Virus record (IMG/VR): IMGVR_UViG_3300043777_000086
Span: 32,001-96,000 of that record
DNA: 64,000 bases
From: a virus
Direction: 5' to 3' (one strand)
Every line of letters starts with the position of its first letter. Within the stretch, counting starts at the first letter, position 1. The notes beneath the pieces are model-generated. The model was not told where the DNA came from. It ran no database searches and was given only the letters and a program-made list of their open reading frames with translations. A program made the translations under genes and the position numbers. Below are positions 37,969 through 47,925 of this stretch, in pieces.

Positions 37969-40900
37969 TTAGTAGATCGAGCGAATCGGCTGTGAGATTA
38001 CGGTCGACCCGTTCTTCAAATCCTCGATGATCCACGCGATGAATCCGGGGATCTTTGGCACGGAGATCGTACATCCGCTTGAGCACGTCACGTAGGATGT
38101 GGTGTTGTAAGTGGATTCCGTGGTCGGTCCGAACAAATACGGCGTCGCGCCCGTCCCGTCCGTAGCGCAGTTGTCCGTACGGTTCGTGCAGTAGAAATTA
38201 GATGGACTACTTCCGGTCCACGTTGTCCCGGCCGGCGCGAACTCAGAGTAGGCGAATCGGATCCTGCGCGTATCCCCCGATGCCCCGGCGCCGTACTTAA
38301 TCTGGATCTGCTGGAAGTCCGGAGAGGTTGGGTAGTTCATTTGCGGAGTCGGTGGGAGCTTATAGGCCCAGATGTCGATCCGGCCGCCACCGCTGCACCA
38401 GTCGCACACGAACATCGCCCATTGTCCGGTTGGTTCGGGAATAAACGTCGAGAATGAATACTGACGCCCCGGCCCCATCAAACCCATGCCGATCGATCGA
38501 AGTGTCGAACCGGTATAGTCCGAAAAATCGATGCGCTGCTGGATCATCATGGCCCCAAATGGAACGAAGCTATATACGCACGGGTAGTTATCGTCGTACC
38601 AGTTGGAGACGCACGCAGTAGAGAGCCTAGCCGAAGGGACCGTCATATAGGAGTCGCCTGGGCTGGATCCGGCGACACACTCCCCAGAAAGGTAGGCTCG
38701 ACAACCCTGCCAAGGGACGCTGCTGCTCAACACTGAAGATGGCCCGCTCACATCCTTCAGTAAGTTCGGACCTGCCCAGAACACCGGAGGGCTCACTTTG
38801 TAATTCGCCGCGGTCGAAGACCCGCACGCGCTTCCGTTTGCGACCTTATAGATTATTCCACTCACTAACGTCACTGTTATTGGGCACGTTCCGGTTGCTG
38901 TCTCGTTAGATAGCCCATCGGATGGATTCCAGTGATTGAAGTCAGTCATCCAGGTTCTGTCGTAAATCGGAGCCGTATACTGATGCACAGACGGATAACC
39001 CTGAAGAGACCCACCTATAGACACCCCAGAACCAACCCCATGAAACACTGGCTTGCCAATCGTCGTTGAGTACGGCTGACCAACCTGAGTTGTGAATGGA
39101 ATATTATACCGCGCCTGTAGGCTTTGAACGTAATTCGTTGCTCCCGGCGTGGGTCCAGGGCTAAGATCGAAGTGCCCACTAAAGGCCATCGGATCGTTAA
39201 GAAATGTGAGTGTTGATTTTGTTACGTCAAACCAATTACCTACACCCGGAAGACAGCACACAGCGCCGGGCGGAGTTGCATAACCCGTCCATCCGGTACT
39301 CGAATTCTTAGTCGAAGCATTGAATGAACCCCAGATCGGAAACTGCGCGCGCGCCCATGTCACCACGAGACACTGCACTCCGCAACCTACATCCGTTACC
39401 GGAGCTACCGTGAGTGCCTGTAGGGTCTCGTTAACAGCGTGCAGAGATAAGGCGTCACCAGGTGCCAAACCCTGAATCTGCGACCACGCTGAATTCTGCG
39501 GCGTCGGCCACTTCGCCAATTCCGCAGTGCTCGGACTATGGGACGCCACATCCGGCATGTGGACCGTCACACACAGATTCCCTGTAATGCCGAATGAATT
39601 AGTCGGGCACGTATCTAGTGGGGACGTCGTGGTCATCGACGTGTCCGTCGTGAACACACCGCCTTTGAGCATGCTGTAGGGCGTTGACTGCCACGGCCCG
39701 ACACCGGTTACGCTTGGGGTCGCCACGAAGGAGTATGCTCCGCCGAGAAGATTACAGATAACGGAATAATATCCCCCAGAGGCATCGGCGGAATGATTAG
39801 CGCACCAACGCTGCGGAAAATGAGAATAGATGTTATCCGTTGCTGTAATAAGGCCTGTGGAGACATTGAACACATTGATTAGCGTGATTGTCTCGCCACC
39901 GGTAGGCGGACCGTTGCTGACCACCGCGAAGCCATTCGTGAACCGGTCAACGATAGCTGGGTGCGAGGACGTCCCCACATCTGCAAATACCGAGCTATCC
40001 CAGTATGGGTTGGTCGCGTGGATCTGGTTATTTATGTCCAATCCAGCGCTTGCCGGGGTCAGGTCGGTCCACGTGAGGTTTTGATCGGACCATTGTGGCC
40101 CCTGAAACCAATTCTGCGTTGTGTCCTGCCCAGGAGAACAGCCGCCACCACCCGTACAATTATCGGATGATGGGTAAAGGCTGTGGCCGTACGCTTTGAA
40201 CTTACCGGCGGTGGGGTTGTACACAACCTTGAAAATAGAGGGCGTTAGAGCGCTCCCTGTCTTGGCCGGAAAATCGAATGTGTTCGGATCGAACTGATCC
40301 CATGAGTCGATGAGCGGGACGAACCCACTTACCTGATTTGCGGGCGGATCCGAGCCATTAAAGAAATATAGCGGTGTAAGGTGTCGGACCTCACCAGTGC
40401 CCGGAATGAACAGTGCTAGGTTTTGAGCCCCTCCGCCAGACCTATCAAAGGTACATAGCTCGCCGGTTTGCGGTGGAACAAGCGACGTAGATCCGTCCGC
40501 CATCGTGGAAATTGTCTGAGAATTTACCGTGCAGTAGGCCGTATTTCCCTCGGCCGGCGCGATGAACACGTCGCTAAAGGCCCAATCGAAACTCACGCTG
40601 ATGTTCGCGGTCCCGGCTGCGGATCCGCTCGCCACCCAGAGCAAAAGTCCGGGCATACTGGTACCCGTCGCACTCGAGACACCGGGCGTCTCTACGACGG
40701 TCATGCTTTGACTTGTTGCTGGCGCCGCAGCGAGAGTGCAGAGGTGGTTTGTGCAAGAGCTTGACGGAATCTGATACTTCATTCCCGCGGGCCACTGGAC
40801 GTTGAAGTTTAACCCCGTGGTTGTAGAGCCATTCGTGACAGCGCTACCCGAAATCGTTATGGTAGAAGCTGTGGGTGTTAGCTGCCACGCCGTTGGAAAC

Positions 40901-41838
40901 GTCGTCAGGTTCCAATCGCAGAAATAACAGGCTTGGCCGATAACCGTTCCGGGCCAGTTCGCGTTCGAGGGGAAGCTACCTGCCGGATTTCCAAGGGTGG
41001 TCGGAAGCGTTACCAAAGCGCTTGCCGGGAAGGTGCAGCTTCCGATCGCCGGGACCTCCGTGAGGCATCCCTCGATCACCATGCCGGAAACCGAACCGTT
41101 GCCGAAGATATGGACGCGTATGTCGTCGAGCGTCGGACCCACCGCCCACCCGCCGATCTGACTTCCGGTGAAGCTGATGATCTGCGGAAAGGGGATGAAA
41201 ATCGGCGCTCCGTTACCCGTGCCGCTGTAGGTGTAAGAAGCAAGGGTCGATGCCGATCCACTAATAACGTTTGCTGGGTTCGTCCAGGCACTCGCCACGT
41301 CGAGCCAGTTCGTAGCGAGTTTATTGTGCTGGCTTTGTCCCCACCAGCCGGGCTGGGTAATCGGTATCAACGGAGCGCCCGTCATCGGATCGGCAACCGG
41401 AACGCGCGCCGACGGATTGACGATCGGCCAGTCGTAGTTGAAGGTCTTAGCCGAATTAAACGGCGGACTCTGTGTGTAGGCGCTTGGCTCGAGCGTCTTT
41501 GTCGTGAACGTGATGCTTCCGGTGTCAGCGCCGCTATTACATGTGACCGTCGCCGTGGTGCGGGAGTTGTAGAACAGAGTCGCCTGGGAGGAACCGGTGC
41601 CGAAGATCGCGTGCGTTGTTCCGTCGCCGGGAAGGACGGTCGTCAAATTCGACGCATCGATCGTAACTGGTCCATAGAAACTAGCACCGAACACATTTGC
41701 GCTTATAGAATATGTGCATGGTCCGACCGTGGGTGTATAAATGACTTCCGCCTGGCGCGCGGAAACGGAGCCCAACTTGAGTGGGATTGTGGCGGAAAAT
41801 ACCGGGAGCGCCAACAAAGGAATGAGAAGACACCGCAT
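37969..41838 (-). CDS. Large secreted Cys-rich beta protein (1289 aa), candidate receptor-binding/spike
   Basis: MRCLLIPLLALPVFSA signal peptide; many Cys pairs; last gene of fibre operon. Confidence 0.7.
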   Translation of the reverse strand: MRCLLIPLLALPVFSATIPLKLGSVSARQAEVIYTPTVGPCTYSISANVFGASFYGPVTIDASNLTTVLPGDGTTHAIFGTGSSQATLFYNSRTTATVTCNSGADTGSITFTTKTLEPSAYTQSPPFNSAKTFNYDWPIVNPSARVPVADPMTGAPLIPITQPGWWGQSQHNKLATNWLDVASAWTNPANVISGSASTLASYTYSGTGNGAPIFIPFPQIISFTGSQIGGWAVGPTLDDIRVHIFGNGSVSGMVIEGCLTEVPAIGSCTFPASALVTLPTTLGNPAGSFPSNANWPGTVIGQACYFCDWNLTTFPTAWQLTPTASTITISGSAVTNGSTTTGLNFNVQWPAGMKYQIPSSSCTNHLCTLAAAPATSQSMTVVETPGVSSATGTSMPGLLLWVASGSAAGTANISVSFDWAFSDVFIAPAEGNTAYCTVNSQTISTMADGSTSLVPPQTGELCTFDRSGGGAQNLALFIPGTGEVRHLTPLYFFNGSDPPANQVSGFVPLIDSWDQFDPNTFDFPAKTGSALTPSIFKVVYNPTAGKFKAYGHSLYPSSDNCTGGGGCSPGQDTTQNWFQGPQWSDQNLTWTDLTPASAGLDINNQIHATNPYWDSSVFADVGTSSHPAIVDRFTNGFAVVSNGPPTGGETITLINVFNVSTGLITATDNIYSHFPQRWCANHSADASGGYYSVICNLLGGAYSFVATPSVTGVGPWQSTPYSMLKGGVFTTDTSMTTTSPLDTCPTNSFGITGNLCVTVHMPDVASHSPSTAELAKWPTPQNSAWSQIQGLAPGDALSLHAVNETLQALTVAPVTDVGCGVQCLVVTWARAQFPIWGSFNASTKNSSTGWTGYATPPGAVCCLPGVGNWFDVTKSTLTFLNDPMAFSGHFDLSPGPTPGATNYVQSLQARYNIPFTTQVGQPYSTTIGKPVFHGVGSGVSIGGSLQGYPSVHQYTAPIYDRTWMTDFNHWNPSDGLSNETATGTCPITVTLVSGIIYKVANGSACGSSTAANYKVSPPVFWAGPNLLKDVSGPSSVLSSSVPWQGCRAYLSGECVAGSSPGDSYMTVPSARLSTACVSNWYDDNYPCVYSFVPFGAMMIQQRIDFSDYTGSTLRSIGMGLMGPGRQYSFSTFIPEPTGQWAMFVCDWCSGGGRIDIWAYKLPPTPQMNYPTSPDFQQIQIKYGAGASGDTRRIRFAYSEFAPAGTTWTGSSPSNFYCTNRTDNCATDGTGATPYLFGPTTESTYNTTSYVTCSSGCTISVPKIPGFIAWIIEDLKNGSTVISQPIRSIY

Positions 41839-42711
41839 CTACTGGACCCCGGAAATTACCTGATAAAGCATCGTGACTACGATAGATGCTCCCGCTCCGC
41901 CGGTGCAGTTGGCGGTTGAACTGCCAATATACAATCCCTTATTGACGACCGTGGCTGTAGCGGCTGTGCCATTGGTAGCAAGAGGGAAGGCGCTCTGCGA
42001 GGCGGTAAATTCAATCACGGTATTCTCAGAATAAGAAGTTGCAAAGACCGGAGACATGTTATACGCACTATCAGCCATTGAGGAACTATAACCGAGTCCG
42101 AAATTATGCCCGCAAGTAAACAACGCTCCGGCGTACACGAAGTTAATAAATATATCAACTGGCTCGATAACCGTACCGGTGCCTAACGCGGCGAGTATCG
42201 GCTGGGGGGTTGTGAAAAGATTGGTGACTTGGCTAGCGCTTAGAGTTATGGTCACCGACTGGACTGCCGAGGCCCCGGAGCTCGCTGCCACACCAAGGTT
42301 CAGCACCGTCCCTGTCGCGTTCGCTGCCGCTGTGGTCTGTGCTTGCCCGTACCATCCGCTTGTCGGCAGAGTTGTTCCGACATCCGTACAGCGTCCTGTG
42401 GTCACTGTCAATTGAACATAGTGGCCCTTGGTATACCCTGTCGCATCAGCCTGACATGGGCCTTCACTTCCAGGTCCAGCCATAGCGACGCTACCCGAGG
42501 TTCCCGCGCCGCTGACTGGGAGATAAAGCTGCGCGGCTGTCGCGGCAGTTGTGGCCGTGATCGCATTCCCGGAGGAATTGATTAGCGCCAGATTCCCCGT
42601 CGCGGTTCCCGTTGAAGTATCGTTCGTGGCGGTGATCTGGCGCATCACCCCTGGGGTCTGGGCATGCACCAACGCCGCGATTAGACAGATGGGAATGATA
42701 AGCCTTTTCAT
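41839..42711 (-). CDS. Secreted protein with cement-like N-domain and decoration-protein-like C-domain
   Basis: MKRLIIPICLIAALVHA|Q; C-domain aligns by eye with 50264..50878. Confidence 0.75.
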   Translation of the reverse strand: MKRLIIPICLIAALVHAQTPGVMRQITATNDTSTGTATGNLALINSSGNAITATTAATAAQLYLPVSGAGTSGSVAMAGPGSEGPCQADATGYTKGHYVQLTVTTGRCTDVGTTLPTSGWYGQAQTTAAANATGTVLNLGVAASSGASAVQSVTITLSASQVTNLFTTPQPILAALGTGTVIEPVDIFINFVYAGALFTCGHNFGLGYSSSMADSAYNMSPVFATSYSENTVIEFTASQSAFPLATNGTAATATVVNKGLYIGSSTANCTGGAGASIVVTMLYQVISGVQ

Positions 42712-42720
42712 GTTTTCCTT

Positions 42721-43473
42721 TTAGTTGACGATCGCACCATAGGTCAATGCACTTATAGTTGCAGTCGCTCCGGTGTAATTGCACGCACTAACGGTCACTG
42801 TATTCGCGGCCGATACGAACATCGCTGGCACCCAACTGGCCGGGAAGGCCGAGGGTATTTCTGGGCTGATCGCATTTCCGGTCTGCGCGCCAGTTAAGGT
42901 GAATGTCCCCGTCCCGCATCCGCCGTCATTAATTGAAGTGAATGTAATTGATCCACTACCCTGGAACGTCCCCACCTGGATCAGTGCTCCGTATGTAGCC
43001 ACCGCCGGAGTAAGTGGACCGCCGGAAGAATTAAAGATTCGTACGTCTATAGTATTGGCCGCAGAAACGAATACCGTTGGCGTCAATCCGCTCGCTAGCA
43101 CCGGAAGAATGGGGCTCACCGCCGAACCGGTCGCCGTTCCAGTCAGAGTGAAGGTCTGATCAGCGCTCGTCCCATCGGGTATCGACGGGAATGTAAGCGA
43201 GGCCGTCCCGATCAAGCCGCCACCTCCGCCACTAGCCTGCGCCGTCCACGTATTCGTAGCTGTGCATTTATAGAGAATCTGGCTCGTTGAATTGTAGTAC
43301 CAGTCGAGGTTCGCCGTACACGTGGCTGGTGCTGTCGCCTGAACGGTGAATGGGCGCGTAGTGCCAGCCGTCGACCAGTCCATCACTGCGGAGGGGGCCG
43401 CGGTTTGACTGCCAGTGGGGGTCTGCGCCACCAATGAGAACGCGAGCAATGATAACGTAATAATAATTTTCAT
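42721..43473 (-). CDS. Secreted short fibre protein with two tandem tip domains
   Basis: MKIIITLSLLAFSLVA|Q; PATC...YKC.ATNTW; two copies of SxTF.SI.DG...TFTLTG..TG.A.SP...FVSAANT. Confidence 0.75.
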   Translation of the reverse strand: MKIIITLSLLAFSLVAQTPTGSQTAAPSAVMDWSTAGTTRPFTVQATAPATCTANLDWYYNSTSQILYKCTATNTWTAQASGGGGGLIGTASLTFPSIPDGTSADQTFTLTGTATGSAVSPILPVLASGLTPTVFVSAANTIDVRIFNSSGGPLTPAVATYGALIQVGTFQGSGSITFTSINDGGCGTGTFTLTGAQTGNAISPEIPSAFPASWVPAMFVSAANTVTVSACNYTGATATISALTYGAIVN

Positions 43474-43474
43474 A

Positions 43475-46003
43475 TCAGTTCGTCACGTTATAGCTCAGGC
43501 AGGCGGGGTTCGATGAAGGCGAGCTTGCCACTGTGATAGTGAAGGATGTCCCCGGAGTCCTCGCTGAGATCCAAGAGTTGACGTAAGTTGTGTTGCACGT
43601 CACGCTGAGTTTAGTGCCTAGCGAAGAATCAAACGTTAGTTGGATCTGGCTATTCGCGGTCACGGCGGTAGTTGCCACAACGACAGTGGTGGCTGATACC
43701 GCTACAGTAACCGACCCCGCCGCTGCCGAACCGCATGTCCCGCCAGCGCTAGAGCAATTCGTACTTGTCGATATTGTCGGGAAGATCCCAGTGCTTGAGA
43801 TGGTGTTCACGCCCTTGGAATCTGGGGTTATGGAGATCCCCGCCCCTGGTAGTAGCGCGTCGGTAGAGAATGCCGCGAGATTATTATTTGTCGTGCTCCA
43901 CTGACTCGCCGTGCCCCCGGCCGTGCCGCTCGCGAATGGCTTGTATCCTATCCCTGGCCATGCCGTGGCTGTGGTGGATCCGAGCGTGAGGTTTGTTAGA
44001 GTCAGACCCCCCGATACGATCACGTTTGAGACATCCAAACGGAAGCGCTGGTTCTCGAGATCGTAGGTAATCCACCAGTTTGCGGCGGATGGAACCCAGG
44101 AACCGGAACCAACAGCTTTGAGCGTCAGCGCTCCGAGATTAGACGGGATACCCCCCGTCTCGAAGTTGGTCCCACCGGACGGCGATGTACAGATGAGCGT
44201 GTCGTTCGTTGTCGAGGTCGTCGAGATCAAACAACTATAATCCGTCAACTGATTTGCGGCCGCCGCTCCAGACCCACCTGCTCCGCAATTACCGTTTAGT
44301 AAAGGAGCGTTCGTCGTGGTGCTACATCCTGTGCCGGTCCAGAGGGCTGCGATGTCGCTGAAGGTTGCTATCGTAAATGGTCCGGTGCCGTTGCCTTTGA
44401 GGGGTCCTGTGAGCGTCCCCGCTCCGGATCCTCCGCCAGGAACGGCCAGAATCCCGGTGACTTGAAACTTTTCAATTTGCCCGCTCGAATTAGAGGGGAC
44501 GACGGTCTGCCCGTTATTTGCCACGCCGGTCTCGAAGTTGATGCCGGTCTGGTCTGAATTGGAAACGCTATTGGTTTGTACGGCGGATACGATTCCAGGC
44601 GTTCCGGCAGTGCCAGGCGCACCGCCTCCAGCCGCGTAACATTTTCCCGTGAAGGCCGCATCGAACAGACATGTCGGGCTGGTCGTATTCTGCCCGGTGA
44701 CGCGCTTAGGGTTTACGGAGTTGCCAGAGGAATCCTGAGCCGTGACAGCGGCTCCGATCACGGCGCCTGTTATCGTGCAGGACGTCGTCGCCACCAACGT
44801 ACATGACGCTGGAGTTCCGGATCCTCCGCCTGTCCCGCTGCCACACTGGGTCTGCCAATTAGTTGCGTCCGAGGTAATATCACAGCCCTGTCCGGTCGTC
44901 AGCGTCAAAGATGAGGACCCACCGATCGTACCTGAGGCTGGAGTCAGTGTCGCCGTTCCCGCCCCGATATCCTTAGCTGAAAACTTGAATCCAGCCGGGA
45001 AGGATCCGCCGGCCGCCGGGACGGTTACCGCAACAGCCGAGGCGTTATTGAACGTGACGAGCTTCTGGCAATCCGAAGCCAGGATCGTATAGGATGTACC
45101 GGTTTGCGGATTTACTAATTCCTGACCGGATATGGTCCCCGTTACAGTAATGGTTCCGCCGCTTAACCCGCAAGCAGCTACGATCGACGTGACTGTTCCT
45201 CCGGGAGCCCCATTCAGATTGGCGTACGGGTATCCGGTCGGGATATCCCCGATCAAAAGCGGCCCTACCGTTGGTGCGGCGGCAGCGGATCCCGACCCCT
45301 GCTCGATTACAAATTCACGTGTGGCGGTAGTGTTCCCGGCCAAGCGAGTCGGCGTCCCGCTCGCTCCTCCGTAGAGGAGATCACCTAGCGTTGTTAGCGG
45401 ATTATTTAGAATCGAGAACGTTCCCAGCCCAAGATTGGTCCTTGCTGTGGCGGTGCTAGTCAGATCGCTCAGGTTATTTGCCGTCTGAAGGAAAGATGCA
45501 GCGGGCTGCACCGCTGCGCTGCCGAGTCCAAGGTTGGTGCGCGCCGTCGCCGCGCTTGTAAGATCCGAAAGGTTATTAGCCCTTATGAGAAAGATTCCAC
45601 CGCCGCCACCTCCACCCCCGCCGATCCATAGGTAGCGCGTGCCGGCGTAGGAAATAGAAACTGATCCTGTGATTGCGAAGCTTATAAAGTCGTGGTATCC
45701 GGTTCCGACGCCGGCGCACGATGCGGAGGTGTTGGTAACTAAAGATCCGGTATCCGAAAATGACGTCCACGGGCCTGTATCCACACCGTCCTGGTATTGG
45801 ATTTGGGCAGACCACGTACCGGTTCCTGTTGCACAGAATGTGTGGGTTGTTGAGGCGTAAAGCGCCTGCGATCTATTATCTATGATTGTGGCAGAGCTAG
45901 TGATTCCTGCGACCACATTCGATCGGATGACCTCCGGTGCCTGTTGAGCGGAAATCCGAACTCGGACAAATAGGAGCGCTAGGATCAATAGAATTTTTTT
46001 CAT
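43475..46003 (-). CDS. Tail-fibre protein with signal peptide (842 aa)
   Basis: MKKILLILALLFVRVRISA|Q; two ANNLSDLTS.ATARTNLGLG fibre repeats; LTTLGDLLY; NPQTGTSYT module; ATGA-coupled to adaptor. Confidence 0.85.
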   Translation of the reverse strand: MKKILLILALLFVRVRISAQQAPEVIRSNVVAGITSSATIIDNRSQALYASTTHTFCATGTGTWSAQIQYQDGVDTGPWTSFSDTGSLVTNTSASCAGVGTGYHDFISFAITGSVSISYAGTRYLWIGGGGGGGGGIFLIRANNLSDLTSAATARTNLGLGSAAVQPAASFLQTANNLSDLTSTATARTNLGLGTFSILNNPLTTLGDLLYGGASGTPTRLAGNTTATREFVIEQGSGSAAAAPTVGPLLIGDIPTGYPYANLNGAPGGTVTSIVAACGLSGGTITVTGTISGQELVNPQTGTSYTILASDCQKLVTFNNASAVAVTVPAAGGSFPAGFKFSAKDIGAGTATLTPASGTIGGSSSLTLTTGQGCDITSDATNWQTQCGSGTGGGSGTPASCTLVATTSCTITGAVIGAAVTAQDSSGNSVNPKRVTGQNTTSPTCLFDAAFTGKCYAAGGGAPGTAGTPGIVSAVQTNSVSNSDQTGINFETGVANNGQTVVPSNSSGQIEKFQVTGILAVPGGGSGAGTLTGPLKGNGTGPFTIATFSDIAALWTGTGCSTTTNAPLLNGNCGAGGSGAAAANQLTDYSCLISTTSTTNDTLICTSPSGGTNFETGGIPSNLGALTLKAVGSGSWVPSAANWWITYDLENQRFRLDVSNVIVSGGLTLTNLTLGSTTATAWPGIGYKPFASGTAGGTASQWSTTNNNLAAFSTDALLPGAGISITPDSKGVNTISSTGIFPTISTSTNCSSAGGTCGSAAAGSVTVAVSATTVVVATTAVTANSQIQLTFDSSLGTKLSVTCNTTYVNSWISARTPGTSFTITVASSPSSNPACLSYNVTN

Positions 46004-46806
46004 TCTTGGTCGATCTCCTCGCCCATGACGGCCGCCGCTAGCATTATGCCCTCTTCATACCGGGCGTGAGCGTAACGCGCTCGCTGCACGTCCTTGAGTT
46101 CGCTGTCGGAGAGCCAGATCTTCTCGAGTACTCCGTACTTCAAGAAGTACGTCCAGTCGTCTGTCAGGGCCTCGATCGGGGAGTTGAGTGAGATATTCTC
46201 GCTCAATAACCCCACTGGTCCGATGGCGCATACGTTTCCGCGGCTGAACTGATTGATTGGGGTGCTCCCAAAGAACACCCCCGGAGAAGTAAACGCGGCC
46301 GTACCATTGGTCTGGATCATCGTGCCGATGAACGCCTGAATGGCGGTAAGGCTCTGCTCTGGAGCCCACGCGATTACCGCGCCATATTGACCCGGAGGGG
46401 GACTATTCGGAGATAGCGGGCTCACTACGGCTGGCGCTGGGAATAGGCTTACCTGATTTGGATACTGCTTGTCCTGCCGCCATGATCTTGGGGGTCCGAT
46501 CTTGCTCTGCCAGTTACGGTCGATCGAGGAGATGTCTCCCTCAAAATCCCTTCGTATGGCGACACCATCACTGAAAGCCGCGTCAGGTTGGCTGATCCAG
46601 TCGGGAAGCGTGACCTGAGGTTGCCCGTATTCCTGCGGCATCACGGCGATCGCCTTGACTAACCCCGTCCTGCCAAGGAAGTCGTCTAGTGTTCCCCGCA
46701 GATATTGTAGGAATTGGGGCTCCGTCAAGAGACCGAGCGACAAACCTGAGGGCTCGAGAAGGATATCGCAGACGTCGATATAAATATCATTCACGAGCGT
46801 ACTCAT
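46000..46806 (-). CDS. Head-tail adaptor paralogue 3 (P22 gp4-like)
   Basis: N-terminal helices, G.P..W...LFPAP, DDWTYFLKYGVL C-terminal helices. Confidence 0.65.
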   Translation of the reverse strand: MSTLVNDIYIDVCDILLEPSGLSLGLLTEPQFLQYLRGTLDDFLGRTGLVKAIAVMPQEYGQPQVTLPDWISQPDAAFSDGVAIRRDFEGDISSIDRNWQSKIGPPRSWRQDKQYPNQVSLFPAPAVVSPLSPNSPPPGQYGAVIAWAPEQSLTAIQAFIGTMIQTNGTAAFTSPGVFFGSTPINQFSRGNVCAIGPVGLLSENISLNSPIEALTDDWTYFLKYGVLEKIWLSDSELKDVQRARYAHARYEEGIMLAAAVMGEEIDQE

Positions 46807-47453
46807 GCGGCAGGCACCTCGGTAGCGCTCTCGATCTCAACCATCCAGCTCGGATTGATTTTTTTCTCCCAACGCTGGAGAGCCCGCACACGCTTGAGCC
46901 AACCCTTGTAATTAGAGGAGGCATCGGCGAACGGCTTGCCACCTTCTTTGAGGACTAGATTGACGAAGGCATAATCCACGATAAGGTCGGCATACTCGTC
47001 GTCCAAATTTAAAGTGTCAGTTTCATTCACCAGTAGCGCCGGCGTCGTGACACCCATCACACTCAGGGCCTTCCCCCCAGTCGGATCCACGTCCACAATC
47101 GCGAACATTGTAGTGCCCACCGGGATCCAGCTTCGGATCTGCTGGTTTGTGCTTCCTCTAAGCCAGCGTGGACTAACGTCGCTAGTGCTGGAAACCGAGG
47201 ATTTATTGAGTTCCCGGTTTTCGCAATACACCTTCATAGGGAATACGATCGGAGCTGGCACGCGATACCACTGCCAGTTCGCGATTGTGAGGCCAGCTAA
47301 GACCGTAGCTTGAGAGAATCCGGTGAATAGATTCAGGCAGCGCGCACCTTCATTAATCCGGCTATTGACGCTCGTCAGGGAATAGAGCTGCGTATTCCCG
47401 TCGAGGCGGGCGTAGACGCGGGCTTGTAGATCCTGCAACTCAACCTGCGGCAC
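46803..47453 (-). CDS. Head-tail adaptor paralogue 2
   Basis: LQARVYARLD...INEG; P.L....D...DEYADLIVDYA. Confidence 0.7.
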   Translation of the reverse strand: MPQVELQDLQARVYARLDGNTQLYSLTSVNSRINEGARCLNLFTGFSQATVLAGLTIANWQWYRVPAPIVFPMKVYCENRELNKSSVSSTSDVSPRWLRGSTNQQIRSWIPVGTTMFAIVDVDPTGGKALSVMGVTTPALLVNETDTLNLDDEYADLIVDYAFVNLVLKEGGKPFADASSNYKGWLKRVRALQRWEKKINPSWMVEIESATEVPAA

Positions 47454-47637
47454 CCTTGCTCCCTCCCGCCCTCATTGCGATCTCTAGCACCGGCATCCGT
47501 AGCAGATCCTTCACGGTCAGGCTCAGCGGAATCCGATCAATGTCGACCCCCGCCGCCTTGCACTCGTTAAGCTTGTCGAGGATCGCGCGCATGGACACCC
47601 TTCGTGGCTCGTGGATCTTGGACGCCCAGTGTCTCAT
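47440..47637 (-). CDS. Hypothetical protein
   Basis: 65 aa in coupled operon. Confidence 0.45.
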   Translation of the reverse strand: MRHWASKIHEPRRVSMRAILDKLNECKAAGVDIDRIPLSLTVKDLLRMPVLEIAMRAGGSKGAAG

Positions 47638-47915
47638 TCTCGTCCGGGTTCGGATTTCCCCTTGCCGTGGCCGGCCGCGAAGACCGTTCCGCGCTCGTAT
47701 GTCGACTTACCCTGGAGGGCGCCGTATTGCCGGTCGAACTCTTCGCGGTCGTGATAGTGCTGATACCAGTTCTCGTCGCCGATCATCGAGGGTACGTCAC
47801 CACCTCCAATCCGATCGCCGCGGTGTTCGGCTTCGCATCGCTCCTGCTGCCGGAAGTGTTCGGTGACTCCGGCTGCGATCACTGTCTCGGGAACTTGCTC
47901 GGGTTTATTTGCCAT
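47634..47915 (-). CDS. Hypothetical protein
   Basis: AAGGAG RBS, 93 aa. Confidence 0.65.
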   Translation of the reverse strand: MANKPEQVPETVIAAGVTEHFRQQERCEAEHRGDRIGGGDVPSMIGDENWYQHYHDREEFDRQYGALQGKSTYERGTVFAAGHGKGKSEPGRE

Positions 47916-47925
47916 GGTATCTCCT

